A stretch of DNA of 64,000 nt from Alphaproteobacteria bacterium (GCA_949498175.1 CATDDF010000041.1:1690-65689); one strand, 5' to 3'; numbered from the stretch's first letter, positions 19,009-29,308 are shown. Numbers and translations: made by a program. Notes: generated from the letters alone by a model not told the origin.

Positions 19009-20310
19009 ATGACACATGTGATGATAAGGTGCTTTGCTTCATGCCTCATCGCGCTCGGGCTATGCATTCTGCCGGCCGGTTTTTCCGCTCTGTCATCGGC
19101 GCATGCGCAGGAAGCGGAAAAGCAAAAACCGGCAAAACCCAAAACGCGGCGCTCACAAGTTTTGGGCAAAAGCGCTTTTCGGCTTATCGAGCAAACACAA
19201 GAACTGATGGCCGAAGAGAAATTTGATGAAGCCATGCAACCTTTGCAGGCGATTTTGGACGGCACACGCTTCAACCCTTATGAGAAAGCCGTGGCCATTC
19301 AGACCATGGGTTATGTTTATGCCGGCAAAGAAGATTATGATGCCACCATTGCAAGTTTTGAACGTGCCATTGCGACCGGCGATTTGCCGCCGCGCGTGGT
19401 TTCTGATTTGACCTATGGTTTGGCGCAACTTCATCTTGCTAAAGAGCGCCCGCGCAAATCGCTGCAATTGCTTGAGCAATGGTTTGCTGCGCAAGAAAAA
19501 GAGCCGGGCGGTGAGCCGTTTGCGCTACAAGCACAAATATATTTGATACTTGAAGAGTTGCGTCCGGCTGAACAGGCCATCAGAAAAGCCTTGTCAAAAA
19601 CAGAAGAGCCGAAACAGCAATGGACGCGTATTTTGCTGTCGATTTTGCTGCAAGAAGAACGCTATGGCGAAGCGCGCCCGATTTTGGAAGATGCGGTGCA
19701 AATCTGGCCCGGCGTCAAAGTGTTCTGGCAACAATTAACGGCGATTTATTATCATTTTGAGGAAGAGAAATTGGCCTTTGTGGCGCAACGTGCCATGCAT
19801 GTTCAAAACATGCTCACAAGTTCAAAAGAATTATCGACCATGGCGCAGCTTTATCTTTATCACGATGTGCCGATTAAGGCGGCGGAGATATTGCAAAGCG
19901 GCATGGATGACGAGCATATTGAAAAGACGGAAAAGAATTATGAATTGCTGGCACGCGCCTATATGCAGGCGCGCGAATGGGATAAATCCATTGCCCCGCT
20001 GACCCGCGCCGCAGAGAAATCGGATGAGGGCAAATTTTATGCGCAATTGGCACAATCTCATATTCAAAATGAAAATTGGAAAGCGGCCGAAAGCGCGCTG
20101 ACCAAAGCGCTGGATAAGGGTGGGCTGGATGATGAAGCCGATAGCTGGCTATTGCTCGGCATTGCGCGCGCACGGCTCGAAAAATTTGATGCCGCTATTA
20201 AAGCCTTTCGTAAGGCCGGCGATGATGATGATGTCGCCAAAGATGCGTTTCGCTGGATCCGCTCGATCGAACGCCGTTTGGCTGAAAACCGCCGCGCCGA
20301 GCTTCAATAA
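19009..20310 (+). CDS. Periplasmic TPR protein of the TonB operon (TtpD-like)
   Basis: Signal peptide and repeated TPR-like helices; last gene of the operon; AGGAG RBS. Confidence 0.8.
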   Translation: MTHVMIRCFASCLIALGLCILPAGFSALSSAHAQEAEKQKPAKPKTRRSQVLGKSAFRLIEQTQELMAEEKFDEAMQPLQAILDGTRFNPYEKAVAIQTMGYVYAGKEDYDATIASFERAIATGDLPPRVVSDLTYGLAQLHLAKERPRKSLQLLEQWFAAQEKEPGGEPFALQAQIYLILEELRPAEQAIRKALSKTEEPKQQWTRILLSILLQEERYGEARPILEDAVQIWPGVKVFWQQLTAIYYHFEEEKLAFVAQRAMHVQNMLTSSKELSTMAQLYLYHDVPIKAAEILQSGMDDEHIEKTEKNYELLARAYMQAREWDKSIAPLTRAAEKSDEGKFYAQLAQSHIQNENWKAAESALTKALDKGGLDDEADSWLLLGIARARLEKFDAAIKAFRKAGDDDDVAKDAFRWIRSIERRLAENRRAELQ

Positions 20311-20375
20311 GCTTTGACGCGCCGTGCCGCGCGGCTTAACGTCGAGCGCATCAAAAATCAGCCAAAGGTAAACTC

Positions 20376-21056
20376 ATGAATTATGATGATGTGGTTTTGG
20401 GGCGCCGTTCTATTCGCGGCTATCAAAACAAGGCCGTCCCGAAACAATTGATTGAAGATATTCTCGCTTTGGCCATGCGCTCGCCATCCTCCATGAACAC
20501 CCAGCCGTGGAACTTCACCGTGGTGACCGGTGCCGTATTGGATAAAATCCGCGCCGGCAATACGGAGCGTAATTTGGCCGGCGTGCCGCATTCGCGCGAA
20601 TTTCGCATCGGCAAAGCCTTTGAAGGTCAGCATAGAGAACGCCAAGTCGGTGTCGCCAAGCAATTATTTGCCGCCATGGGCATTGCGCGTGAAGATAAGG
20701 AAGCGCGCCAAGATTGGGTGTTGCGCGGCTTTCGACAATTTGACGCGCCGGTCTGCGTGATTATCACCTATGACCGCGAATTGGCCGATAGCGATGATAC
20801 GGCTTTTGATTGCGGCGCCGTGACCACGGCTTTGGTCAATGCCGCTTGGTCACGCGGTTTGGGTGCGGTAATTAATTCGCAAGGCATTATGCAATCGCCC
20901 GTGGTGCGCGAGCATGCCGCCATATCGGAAAATCAGGTGATTATGAAAGCCGTTGCTCTGGGCTGGCCGGATGATGATTTTCCGGCCAATGCAGTGGTTT
21001 CTGAGCGCAAAAGCGTTGCCGAAGCGGCGCGTTTTGTCGGTTTTGATGCCGACTGA
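20376..21056 (+). CDS. Nitroreductase family protein
   Basis: RRSIRGY and SPSSMNTQPW motifs. Confidence 0.92.
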   Translation: MNYDDVVLGRRSIRGYQNKAVPKQLIEDILALAMRSPSSMNTQPWNFTVVTGAVLDKIRAGNTERNLAGVPHSREFRIGKAFEGQHRERQVGVAKQLFAAMGIAREDKEARQDWVLRGFRQFDAPVCVIITYDRELADSDDTAFDCGAVTTALVNAAWSRGLGAVINSQGIMQSPVVREHAAISENQVIMKAVALGWPDDDFPANAVVSERKSVAEAARFVGFDAD

Positions 21057-21092
21057 CGGTGCTTTTGCTCAATACGCATTGAGCCAAGAACT

Positions 21093-21120
21093 CTGTGCGG
21101 ACTGTGCGGACCTGTGCGGA
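21093..21120 (+). repeat. Three direct repeats of CTGTGCGGA
   Basis: Exact copies at 21093, 21102 and 21112 in an intergenic region. Confidence 0.85.
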
Positions 21121-21197
21121 ATTGTCTCTTGCCCGCCCTATGGGACTTACGCCAATATTGAACTAAATAAAAGTTTGCAATGGCTTGGGAGAAAAAT

Positions 21198-22655
21198 ATG
21201 ACCGCTATAGCTCACAGTGATGTGCTGATTATCGGTGCTGGCATATCCGGCATTTCTTCGGCCTTTCATTTGCAAAAACACGCGCCGCAAGCCAGTTTTG
21301 AGATTCTGGAGCGTCGTGACAGCATTGGCGGGACATGGAACTTATTTAAATATCCGGGCATTCGCTCGGATAGCGACATGTATACGCTGGGCTTTTCTTT
21401 TCGACCCTGGCGCGATGCCAAAGCCATTGCCGATGCACCATCGATTATGAACTATCTGCATGATGCGGTGCGCGATGGCAAGCTGGACAAGAAAATCCAT
21501 TTCGGCAAGAAAGTGGTCGAGGCCAAATGGTCGAGCGCGGACGGCAAGTGGTTTGTCACGATTGAGGATGGCGCAAGCGGCGAAACCGAGATGCGAAGTT
21601 GCAAATTTCTGCATAGCTGCGCCGGATATTATAATTATGACAAAGGCTATCAGCCTGATTTTCCCGGTGTTGAAAATTTCAAAGGGCCGTTTGTGCATCC
21701 GCAATTTTGGCCGGAAGATTTGGATTATAGCGGCAAAAAAGTGGTGGTTATCGGCTCCGGCGCGACCGCCGTCACATTGGTGCCGGCAATGGCCGAAACG
21801 GCTGAGCATGTCACCATGTTGCAGCGTTCGCCGACCTATATCGTGTCGCGCCCATCGGAAGACGCATTTGCCAATATCACTCGCAAATATCTGCCGGCCC
21901 GCCTCGCCTATGGGCTGACGCGCTGGAAAAATGTTCTTTTGGGACGGTTTTTCTTTTGGCTTTGCCGCACGCGGCCCGATTATGTGAAACGGCGTTTGTT
22001 GGAAGAATTGCCCGCGCAATTGCCTGCCGGCTATGACATAGAAAAGCATTTGACGCCGACTTATAATCCGTGGGACCAGCGTGTTTGCCTGGCACCTGAT
22101 GGCGATTTCTTCTCCGCCATTTGTGACGGCAAAGCCGCCATTGCGACCGACCATATTGAGGCGATAAAGGAAAACGGCGTGCAACTGAAATCGGGTAATT
22201 TCCTCGAAGCCGATATTATCGTGTCGGCGACCGGCCTTGATTTGAACTTTCTCGGCAATATTGAGGTCACGGTGGATAATGAGCCGGTCGAGCCGGCCAA
22301 TTTGCTGAATTATAAGGGCATGATGTATTCAGGCATTCCAAACTTGGTGGCATCATTTGGTTATACCAATGCATCATGGACGCTGCGCTGCGATTTGACG
22401 TCCAAATATCTTTGCCGCTTAGTCAATTATATGCAGCGCAAGAATCTGTCGCGCGTTATGCCGACGCCGGATATGAGCCAGGTTGAATATGAGCCGCTTT
22501 TGGATTTCTCATCCGGCTATGTGGTTCGAAAATCGGCCGAATTGCCCAAACAGGGCAGTATTAAGCCCTGGGTCATGTATCAAAATTATATTGCCGATAT
22601 TTTTCTGACGCGCTTTTCAGCTCTGCAAGACGGCGCATTGAAATTCACCAAATAA
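21198..22655 (+). CDS. Flavin monooxygenase, EthA-like Baeyer-Villiger type
   Basis: GAGISG, GGTWNLFKYPGIRSD, fingerprint FKGPFVHPQFWPED, GSGATA and PTYNPWDQRVC. Confidence 0.9.
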   Translation: MTAIAHSDVLIIGAGISGISSAFHLQKHAPQASFEILERRDSIGGTWNLFKYPGIRSDSDMYTLGFSFRPWRDAKAIADAPSIMNYLHDAVRDGKLDKKIHFGKKVVEAKWSSADGKWFVTIEDGASGETEMRSCKFLHSCAGYYNYDKGYQPDFPGVENFKGPFVHPQFWPEDLDYSGKKVVVIGSGATAVTLVPAMAETAEHVTMLQRSPTYIVSRPSEDAFANITRKYLPARLAYGLTRWKNVLLGRFFFWLCRTRPDYVKRRLLEELPAQLPAGYDIEKHLTPTYNPWDQRVCLAPDGDFFSAICDGKAAIATDHIEAIKENGVQLKSGNFLEADIIVSATGLDLNFLGNIEVTVDNEPVEPANLLNYKGMMYSGIPNLVASFGYTNASWTLRCDLTSKYLCRLVNYMQRKNLSRVMPTPDMSQVEYEPLLDFSSGYVVRKSAELPKQGSIKPWVMYQNYIADIFLTRFSALQDGALKFTK

Positions 22656-22720
22656 GTTAAAAACTATGAAGCGGCGTTTCTGCCTTGCCGAAACGGCCGT
22701 GTTTCGTCACATTGGCGGCC

Positions 22721-23521
22721 ATGACAAAAGCGCCCTCGCCGATGAAGAGCCGATCGGAAAAACCGGTAATCGTGTTCAGCGATTTGGACGGCACATTGCT
22801 CGACCATGACGGCTATTCTTTTACGCCCGCCAAACCGGCTTTGACGGCGCTGGCCGAAAAGGGGATTGCACTGGTGCCGGCCACCAGTAAAACGCTTGCC
22901 GAATTGGATGTGCTGATGGGCGCGCTTGGCCTTGATGGCGCAGCGATTGGTGAAAACGGCGCGGTGATTAAATTTGCCGATGGCACGATTGACCGCGCCG
23001 TCAGCCGCGCCGAGATTGCCCCTGCATTGGCCGATATGCCCGAAGCCCTGCGCCACGCCATGCAGTGTTTTTGCGATATGTCGGTTGATGAGATTGCCGC
23101 ATTGACCGGGCTTGAGCGCGCCGCGGCAGCATTGGCTGCCAAGCGCGAAGCCAGCGAACCTTTTTTATGGCACGGCGATGCGGCGGGGTTGGCCGATTTG
23201 GAGTTGGCTTTGACGGCTTATGGCCTGCAGGTGACACAAGGCGGCCGGTTTTTTCATATTGTGCCGCCGCGCGATAAAGCCGCCGCCATGCAAATCATGC
23301 TGGACACTTATAAGCCCCGCCCTGAGGCTTGGGCATTGGGCGACGGCCCCAATGATGTAACCATGCTTTTGGCGGCCGACCGCGCTGCACTGATAGCCAA
23401 TCACCATATTGCCACCGAAAAGCTCTTGCCACATGGGCATGGGTTACATTTGACGAACCGCGAAGGGGCACTTGGTTGGCGCGACGCTATGGCAGTTTTC
23501 CTGAAGCGGGATTTCGGCTAA
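22721..23521 (+). CDS. gpgP: HAD-IIB glucosyl/mannosyl-3-phosphoglycerate phosphatase
   Basis: SDLDGTLL, TSKT, ENG, REASEPF, GGRFFH and GDGPND; directly upstream of gpgS. Confidence 0.8.
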   Translation: MTKAPSPMKSRSEKPVIVFSDLDGTLLDHDGYSFTPAKPALTALAEKGIALVPATSKTLAELDVLMGALGLDGAAIGENGAVIKFADGTIDRAVSRAEIAPALADMPEALRHAMQCFCDMSVDEIAALTGLERAAAALAAKREASEPFLWHGDAAGLADLELALTAYGLQVTQGGRFFHIVPPRDKAAAMQIMLDTYKPRPEAWALGDGPNDVTMLLAADRAALIANHHIATEKLLPHGHGLHLTNREGALGWRDAMAVFLKRDFG

Positions 23522-23555
23522 GCTTTGATGGTAGTTGTGTAAAGGACACGCTCCC

Positions 23556-24770
23556 ATGTCCGATTTTTTTCAAAACGGCAATGTATCGACATTGCACAAT
23601 CTGACCCGCCGCCCCGTGGAAGAGCTTGAGGCGGAGCTTGCCAATTTTGCGCGCAATCGACCGATAGGGCTGGTTCTGCCCAGCCTTTATTCCGAATTGG
23701 AAGGCCCGGCGCTTGAAAATATCGTCAATGAACTAAGCCAAGTGCCGTATTTGAGCCGCATCACCATCGGCCTTGACCGCGCCGATAAAGACCAATTTGC
23801 TCATGCCAAAGAATATTTTTCGCGACTGCCGCAAACTCATGATGTGCTATGGCATGACGGGCCGCGCCTGACCGCGCTGGATGAAGAATTGGCCGGATTG
23901 GGGCTGGCGCCGCCGGAACTCGGCAAGGGTCGCAATGTTTGGTATTGCTTCGGCTATATGCTGGCGGCGCGCGATGTCTTTGCCATCGGATTGCATGATT
24001 GCGATATTCTCACCTATGAGCGCGCCATGCTGGCGCGGCTGCTTTATCCGGTGGTCAATCCGGTTTTCCCGTATGTATTTTCCAAAGGCTATTATCCGCG
24101 CATTGACGGTGACCGGCTGGGTGGGCGCGTGACGCGCTTGCTCATCACCCCACTTTTGGCGGCTTTGCGCAAAGTATGTGGCGATAATAGCTATTTGCGT
24201 TTTCTTGACAGCTTCCGCTATCCGTTGGCCGGTGAATTTGCCATGCGCAGCCATGTGGTGGCCGATATCCGCATCCCTTCCGATTGGGGGTTGGAAATCG
24301 GCGTTTTGTCGGAAGTGCGGCGCAATTATTCCAACCGCGTCATCACGCAAGTCGATATTGCCGATAATTACGACCACAAACATCAAGAGGTGTCGGCTGA
24401 AGATGCAACGCGCGGCCTGTCGCGCATGAGCGTCGATATTGCCAAAGCCATATTCCGCAAGCTGGCGACCGATGGCGAAATATTCTCATCAGAAAAATTC
24501 CGCACGGTGAAGGCCACTTATTTCCGCGAAGCGCTTGACCGTATTGACAGCTATTCTAATGATGCATTGATGAACGGGCTGACGCTGGACCGCCATGCCG
24601 AAGAGGCGGCGGTCGAATTATTTGCGAAAAACATCATGCTGGCGGGCGAAACTTATCTTACCAATCCGATGGAAACGCCATTTCTGCCCAGTTGGAACCG
24701 CGTCAATGCGGCGGCTCCCGATTTTTTGGCGCGTTATGCCGAAGCGGTGCGTTTGGATAATGAGGTTTGA
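23556..24770 (+). CDS. gpgS: Glucosyl-3-phosphoglycerate synthase (GT-A fold)
   Basis: MSDFFQNG..TLH start, PSLYSE, GKGRNVW, LHDCDI, RYPLAGEF, DWGLEIG and YDHKHQ. Confidence 0.85.
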   Translation: MSDFFQNGNVSTLHNLTRRPVEELEAELANFARNRPIGLVLPSLYSELEGPALENIVNELSQVPYLSRITIGLDRADKDQFAHAKEYFSRLPQTHDVLWHDGPRLTALDEELAGLGLAPPELGKGRNVWYCFGYMLAARDVFAIGLHDCDILTYERAMLARLLYPVVNPVFPYVFSKGYYPRIDGDRLGGRVTRLLITPLLAALRKVCGDNSYLRFLDSFRYPLAGEFAMRSHVVADIRIPSDWGLEIGVLSEVRRNYSNRVITQVDIADNYDHKHQEVSAEDATRGLSRMSVDIAKAIFRKLATDGEIFSSEKFRTVKATYFREALDRIDSYSNDALMNGLTLDRHAEEAAVELFAKNIMLAGETYLTNPMETPFLPSWNRVNAAAPDFLARYAEAVRLDNEV

Positions 24771-24773
24771 TTT

Positions 24774-26501
24774 TCAAGCCTGATTTGAAATCCATACGGT
24801 TTGATAAGGGGCGAGCACCAATTCTTCATCATCGGGCAAAACGGCTGCCCCGCTCAGCAAATCAATCCAGCCGGCCGAGCCATAAAGATTCATATCGCGC
24901 AAGCTCAAAAGCTTCTGCTCGCGGGTGATATTGGTAACGACAAAAAGCGATTGCTGGCGGTCCAGGCTTTGCCGCCAAAAGCCGAACATGCCCGGCTTGA
25001 TATGCAAGGTGAATTGCGTGGCATCGGGATGAAAGGCTGTTTGCTTTTTGCGAATGGCCAAACGGCGGCGCAATTCGAAAAATATTTGCGCCATTGCGGT
25101 GTCACCGGCCGCCAGTTCGGCATTGATTTGGCTGGCCTGCCATTGCGTGCGATTGAGCGAACGGTTTTGGCCGGTCTTGGCAGCGCGGGCTTCGTCATTT
25201 TCGGCGGCCAAAAAACTTTGCACATAAAAGGCCGGTATGCCCTCCAGCGACATCATAATGGTTTGCGAGGCGATGAAGCGGTCGATTTGAAACTCATCTT
25301 CTCCGTCTATCGTGCCTTTCAGGGCAGAAAATAAGGTCGTGTTCATTTCATAGGGCACTTCGCGCGCGCCGAAACTGCGCATGGTCAGCCGCCCGCCAAA
25401 GCCCTGCACGGCTTGGGTCATGCGGGTAATTTCTTCCGGTGGTAGCAGGCCTTCAACCGGGCGCAGGCCAATGCCGTCATGGCTGGCTGAAAAATTGAAT
25501 ATGGTGCAGCCTTTCGGCGTCGGTGCCGTGGCCATCATCCAGCGGCGCAAATAGCTGGAGCGCCCGGTCAAAAGCGCATGCACCAATAAGGGCGGCAGCG
25601 AAAAATTGTAAATCAAATGCGCCTCATTACCATTGCCGAAATATTCCAAATTCTCATGTGCCGGCACATTGGTTTCGGTAATCAGCCAAATATTCTCCTC
25701 CATATGATCAATCAGCGTACGCATCAGTTTTATGATTTCATGCGTCTCGGCCAAATGTAGGCAATTAGTGCCCGCTTGCTTCCACAAAAAGCCGACCGCA
25801 TCGAGGCGAAACACGCGCACTCCCTTATCAATATAAAACCGCAGGAGACGAATGAACTCGCAGAGTAAATCAGGATTGGAAAAATCAAGATCGACCTGGT
25901 CGGGACCGAATGTGCACCAGACCAGTTTTTCGCCGGCTGCGGTTTCATGCGCATGCAGGAGCGGCGTCGGGCGCGGGCGAATGACTGCGCTGATATCATC
26001 TTGCGGCGCGGCGGTTTTGATAAAATCACGTCCGGGCGCTTCATCATTAAGAAATTGCTGAAACCATTCATGGCTGGCTGAAGCGTGATTGATGACGACA
26101 TCAGACATAAGCCGGAAGGTTTCGCCAATAGCGGCAATATCGTCCCAATCGCCCAAATCGGGGCGCACGGTTTCATAATCGCTGACGGCAAAACCGTCAT
26201 CTGAGGTAAAGGGGAAAAACGGCAATATATGCACGCCGGACACGATGTTCTTCAAATGGCCGGTCAAAAAGTCCAGCGTGTTTTGCAAAGGCCGTTTGTC
26301 ATCCGACAAAATCGTGTCGCCATAGGTGATGAGAAAGCTGTCTTCTTGCGACCATGGTGCTGTTTTATCCGCCCCGTTTTCGCTTTGGGCCTGTGCATTG
26401 GAGGCCAGCCCAAAAGCGGCGCACAGTTTCAGGCTCAATGCATCAGCATCTTCTTGCGGGTAAATAAACTCAATATGGCGGGTCAGAATTTCGCGCAGCA
26501 C
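24774..26501 (-). CDS. GH13_18 sugar phosphorylase, probably glucosylglycerate phosphorylase
   Basis: HILPFFPFTSDDGF, nucleophile RLDAVGF, acid/base ETNVP, ASHDGIG and PYEMN. The ETN and YE residues match the GGaP rather than the sucrose phosphorylase signature; gene context agrees. Confidence 0.82.
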   Translation of the reverse strand: MLREILTRHIEFIYPQEDADALSLKLCAAFGLASNAQAQSENGADKTAPWSQEDSFLITYGDTILSDDKRPLQNTLDFLTGHLKNIVSGVHILPFFPFTSDDGFAVSDYETVRPDLGDWDDIAAIGETFRLMSDVVINHASASHEWFQQFLNDEAPGRDFIKTAAPQDDISAVIRPRPTPLLHAHETAAGEKLVWCTFGPDQVDLDFSNPDLLCEFIRLLRFYIDKGVRVFRLDAVGFLWKQAGTNCLHLAETHEIIKLMRTLIDHMEENIWLITETNVPAHENLEYFGNGNEAHLIYNFSLPPLLVHALLTGRSSYLRRWMMATAPTPKGCTIFNFSASHDGIGLRPVEGLLPPEEITRMTQAVQGFGGRLTMRSFGAREVPYEMNTTLFSALKGTIDGEDEFQIDRFIASQTIMMSLEGIPAFYVQSFLAAENDEARAAKTGQNRSLNRTQWQASQINAELAAGDTAMAQIFFELRRRLAIRKKQTAFHPDATQFTLHIKPGMFGFWRQSLDRQQSLFVVTNITREQKLLSLRDMNLYGSAGWIDLLSGAAVLPDDEELVLAPYQTVWISNQA

Positions 26502-26509
26502 AAGACGGC

Positions 26510-27313
26510 CTATTCGTTCGATTCATCCCCTAGGGGATAATAATCATAGCTGCTCGTTCGGCCAATAACAAAATCGGCGCGCGGCGTTAAATATTCCCAA
26601 ATACCCAGTGTCCAGCTTTGGTAATGGGCACAAAATGCAGCAACCGCGGCGCGGTCGGCAAATTGCCAGACCCCGCTTGCCGCCGCATTGTCTTGTTCCT
26701 GCCGCCAACGGCTGTCAATCACTGCCTCGAAATCTTCTTGCCGCAGCAACATAAGGGCATCGCATTTATCCCATAAAGGCTGATAGGCGCGCGCTGCTTC
26801 TCGCGACCATGCTTTCCATATGGCGTCGCCATCATGCGCCGCTTCCCAGTCATTTTCCGGCACCGCCCCGATGCAATCGGCATGGCCGCCAACACACCAA
26901 CCTTCCAAAAGCACAAAATCAGGGCGCGCGCTTACCATTACATCATCAAGCCTGTCATCATGGCTTTTGCTGAAGCGTGGCACAGCCAAAGGCGTTGCCA
27001 TACTGATGCTGTCAAGCTTGGCCAAAATATCGGCGAGCCGCGCCACATCATGTGTGCCGGGCACGCCACGTGTGGCGCATAGCGGGTGAATCTCATCGGC
27101 CAGTTTTTGTCGCTTGGCTTTGGACAGGTAAAAATCATCGAGCGACAGCGTGAGGGCGACTTTTCCCTGCACCGCCAATTTTTCACCAAGCGCTTTACAC
27201 AGTGTCGATTTACCGACGCCCTGACCGCCCGATATGCCGAACACAAATGGCTTTTGATTGTTTTGCGCGACAAGAAACGCGCCTAAGTCTTCGACCAATG
27301 CGTCGAGCTTCAT
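26510..27313 (-). CDS. P-loop D-glycerate 3-kinase (plant GLYK-type)
   Basis: GGQGVGKST, SLDDFYL, RGVPGTHD, PRFSKS and LEGWCVG; adjacent to the phosphorylase. Confidence 0.78.
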   Translation of the reverse strand: MKLDALVEDLGAFLVAQNNQKPFVFGISGGQGVGKSTLCKALGEKLAVQGKVALTLSLDDFYLSKAKRQKLADEIHPLCATRGVPGTHDVARLADILAKLDSISMATPLAVPRFSKSHDDRLDDVMVSARPDFVLLEGWCVGGHADCIGAVPENDWEAAHDGDAIWKAWSREAARAYQPLWDKCDALMLLRQEDFEAVIDSRWRQEQDNAAASGVWQFADRAAVAAFCAHYQSWTLGIWEYLTPRADFVIGRTSSYDYYPLGDESNE

Positions 27314-27323
27314 GATTTGCGCC

Positions 27324-28475
27324 TCACATAAAATTGCGGGTTTTTAGCCAGTCAGAGACTTGTCTGACCGCCCCGTCCAATAAATCACGCCTTTCAATAT
27401 AATAATGATCGGCACCTTGAATATCGATATGGCTTTTGTCAGAACTGCTCAGCGCCGCATAAAGACGCTGCGCATGGCTCGGTGTACAGGCCAAATCGGC
27501 CGTATTATTGACGACCAAAGCAGGCACGGTGACGCGTGCGGCATTGGTAAGCCCGTCAGCCGGGCTGTCATCATAGCTCCATTGCGACAACCATGACCGT
27601 AAAGTGGTGAAGCGCGCCAGCCCGACCGGCCCGTCATTGGCAACAGCCGGCTCGCCCAAATAGCAGCTATAGGGGGTGCGGTCGGACGGGTCTTGTGTCG
27701 GGTCGGTCCAACGTAAATCCGCCATGGTGCCGTGCACGCAAAAGGCTTGTTCGTGATTTTCGCGGCCCGATGCGCGCAAATCGGCCAATGTCTCTTTCAC
27801 CCAAGCGGTGATGCGGCGATTGCGCGCCAGCTGTTCGGCGCGATAGCGCGTTACATAGGCCGCATCATAGGGCGGCCGATTCGGATTGTCGGGGTCGTAA
27901 ATGTTCAATTCCGCATCGCGTTGGAAAGGTGCAGCCTCATCACTGATGGACGGGTCCATCCATTCGGTCAAAGTGACGGCGCGGCTGACATGCGCCGCCA
28001 AAAGCAAAACCGCATCGGCGGCCGGCAGCTCGGCTTTGGATAAATCATAAGGGTCACCGGCGGCGGTGTGTTTCAGCCGCGTGCCGGTTGCTTGGTCTTG
28101 ATAGAATAAAGACAGCGAGCCGCCACCCGACCAGCCGCCAAGAACGATTTTTTTATAACCGAATTTTTCTTTTGCATGGGCAATCACCGCGCCCAAATCA
28201 TGGACGCATTTTTCCATAAGCAGCGCGCTGTCATTACCGCGATAGCGCGTATTGGCATAAATCACATGATGGCCGATATGCGCCAGCGCATTGACCATAG
28301 GCAAAAACGAGCCGCCGCCAATGGGATGGGAAAAAACAATTGCCGTATCGGATTTTGTGTCAGGCGTAATGCGCATGGCTTCCACCGCCACCATGCCAAC
28401 GGCGCCGCCATAGACATCTTTAAAACCCGTATCCTCTTCAAACACCACCATATAGGGCAGACGCTGAACCGACAT
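27324..28475 (-). CDS. Alpha/beta hydrolase
   Basis: Nucleophile elbow GWSGGG; candidate Asp (TADLAC) and His (GADHYY). Confidence 0.8.
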   Translation of the reverse strand: MSVQRLPYMVVFEEDTGFKDVYGGAVGMVAVEAMRITPDTKSDTAIVFSHPIGGGSFLPMVNALAHIGHHVIYANTRYRGNDSALLMEKCVHDLGAVIAHAKEKFGYKKIVLGGWSGGGSLSLFYQDQATGTRLKHTAAGDPYDLSKAELPAADAVLLLAAHVSRAVTLTEWMDPSISDEAAPFQRDAELNIYDPDNPNRPPYDAAYVTRYRAEQLARNRRITAWVKETLADLRASGRENHEQAFCVHGTMADLRWTDPTQDPSDRTPYSCYLGEPAVANDGPVGLARFTTLRSWLSQWSYDDSPADGLTNAARVTVPALVVNNTADLACTPSHAQRLYAALSSSDKSHIDIQGADHYYIERRDLLDGAVRQVSDWLKTRNFM

Positions 28476-28530
28476 ATTGCTCTTTCTCCGCGCTTAAAAT
28501 AGGCTTTCAGTCTGACAGATTGCGGAGGCG

Positions 28531-29226
28531 ATGCAAATGATTAAGGCAAGCGGCATTCACCATATTGCGATTATGGCGGATGACATTAAAAAACATATTG
28601 CGTTTTTTTCAGATGTGCTGGGATGTCGACTGAGCGCGATTTTCGATATGCATGGCGTGCCGGGCGGCTTGCATGCCTTCATGCACTTAAACGACCATTC
28701 ATATTTTTCCATTGTTGAATTGCCCGAAGCGGCCAATGTGCCGATTGAATTGGGTGTTACCCATGCCGGCACGGGGGCCGGGGTCAGCGCCCCGGGCACC
28801 ATGCAACATTTGGCCTTTCGCGTTGATAATGCCGATGAGTTGATTGCCATGCGTGACCGCATTCGCACCAAAGGCGTCAATGTTATCGGCCCGCTCGACC
28901 ACGGCATGTGCCAATCCATTTATTTTGCTGGTCCCGATAATATGGCGCTGGAAGTGGCCTGCCCGGGAGTGGAATTGGATGCGGCGCAATGGGTTGACCC
29001 GAGCGTCTTGGAAAAAGCCGGCATTTCGCCTGAAGAAGCGCAAAGCTATATGATGCCGGACAGCTATCAAGGAGAGGGCGGCGCGGTGGCGCAACCGCCT
29101 TATGATGCGGAAAAACCGCATATGCCTTATCCGGCTGAGATTTATCAAAAAATGCTGGAAACGCCAGATGAGGTGATTATCGCCGCGGGTTCATATGCCG
29201 AACCGCCGGTCAAATCGGGGGAATGA
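28531..29226 (+). CDS. VOC/glyoxalase family protein
   Basis: Metal ligands in GIHHIAI, MQHLAF and ALEVA; SIYFAGPD. Confidence 0.85.
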   Translation: MQMIKASGIHHIAIMADDIKKHIAFFSDVLGCRLSAIFDMHGVPGGLHAFMHLNDHSYFSIVELPEAANVPIELGVTHAGTGAGVSAPGTMQHLAFRVDNADELIAMRDRIRTKGVNVIGPLDHGMCQSIYFAGPDNMALEVACPGVELDAAQWVDPSVLEKAGISPEEAQSYMMPDSYQGEGGAVAQPPYDAEKPHMPYPAEIYQKMLETPDEVIIAAGSYAEPPVKSGE

Positions 29227-29308
29227 AGGTTTTTTGAAGAAGGGCGGCTTTGCAAGGCTTTACGCCTTTAATTAAAGCGGCTAGCGTTATCAGATTGCTT
29301 GGGAGGGT

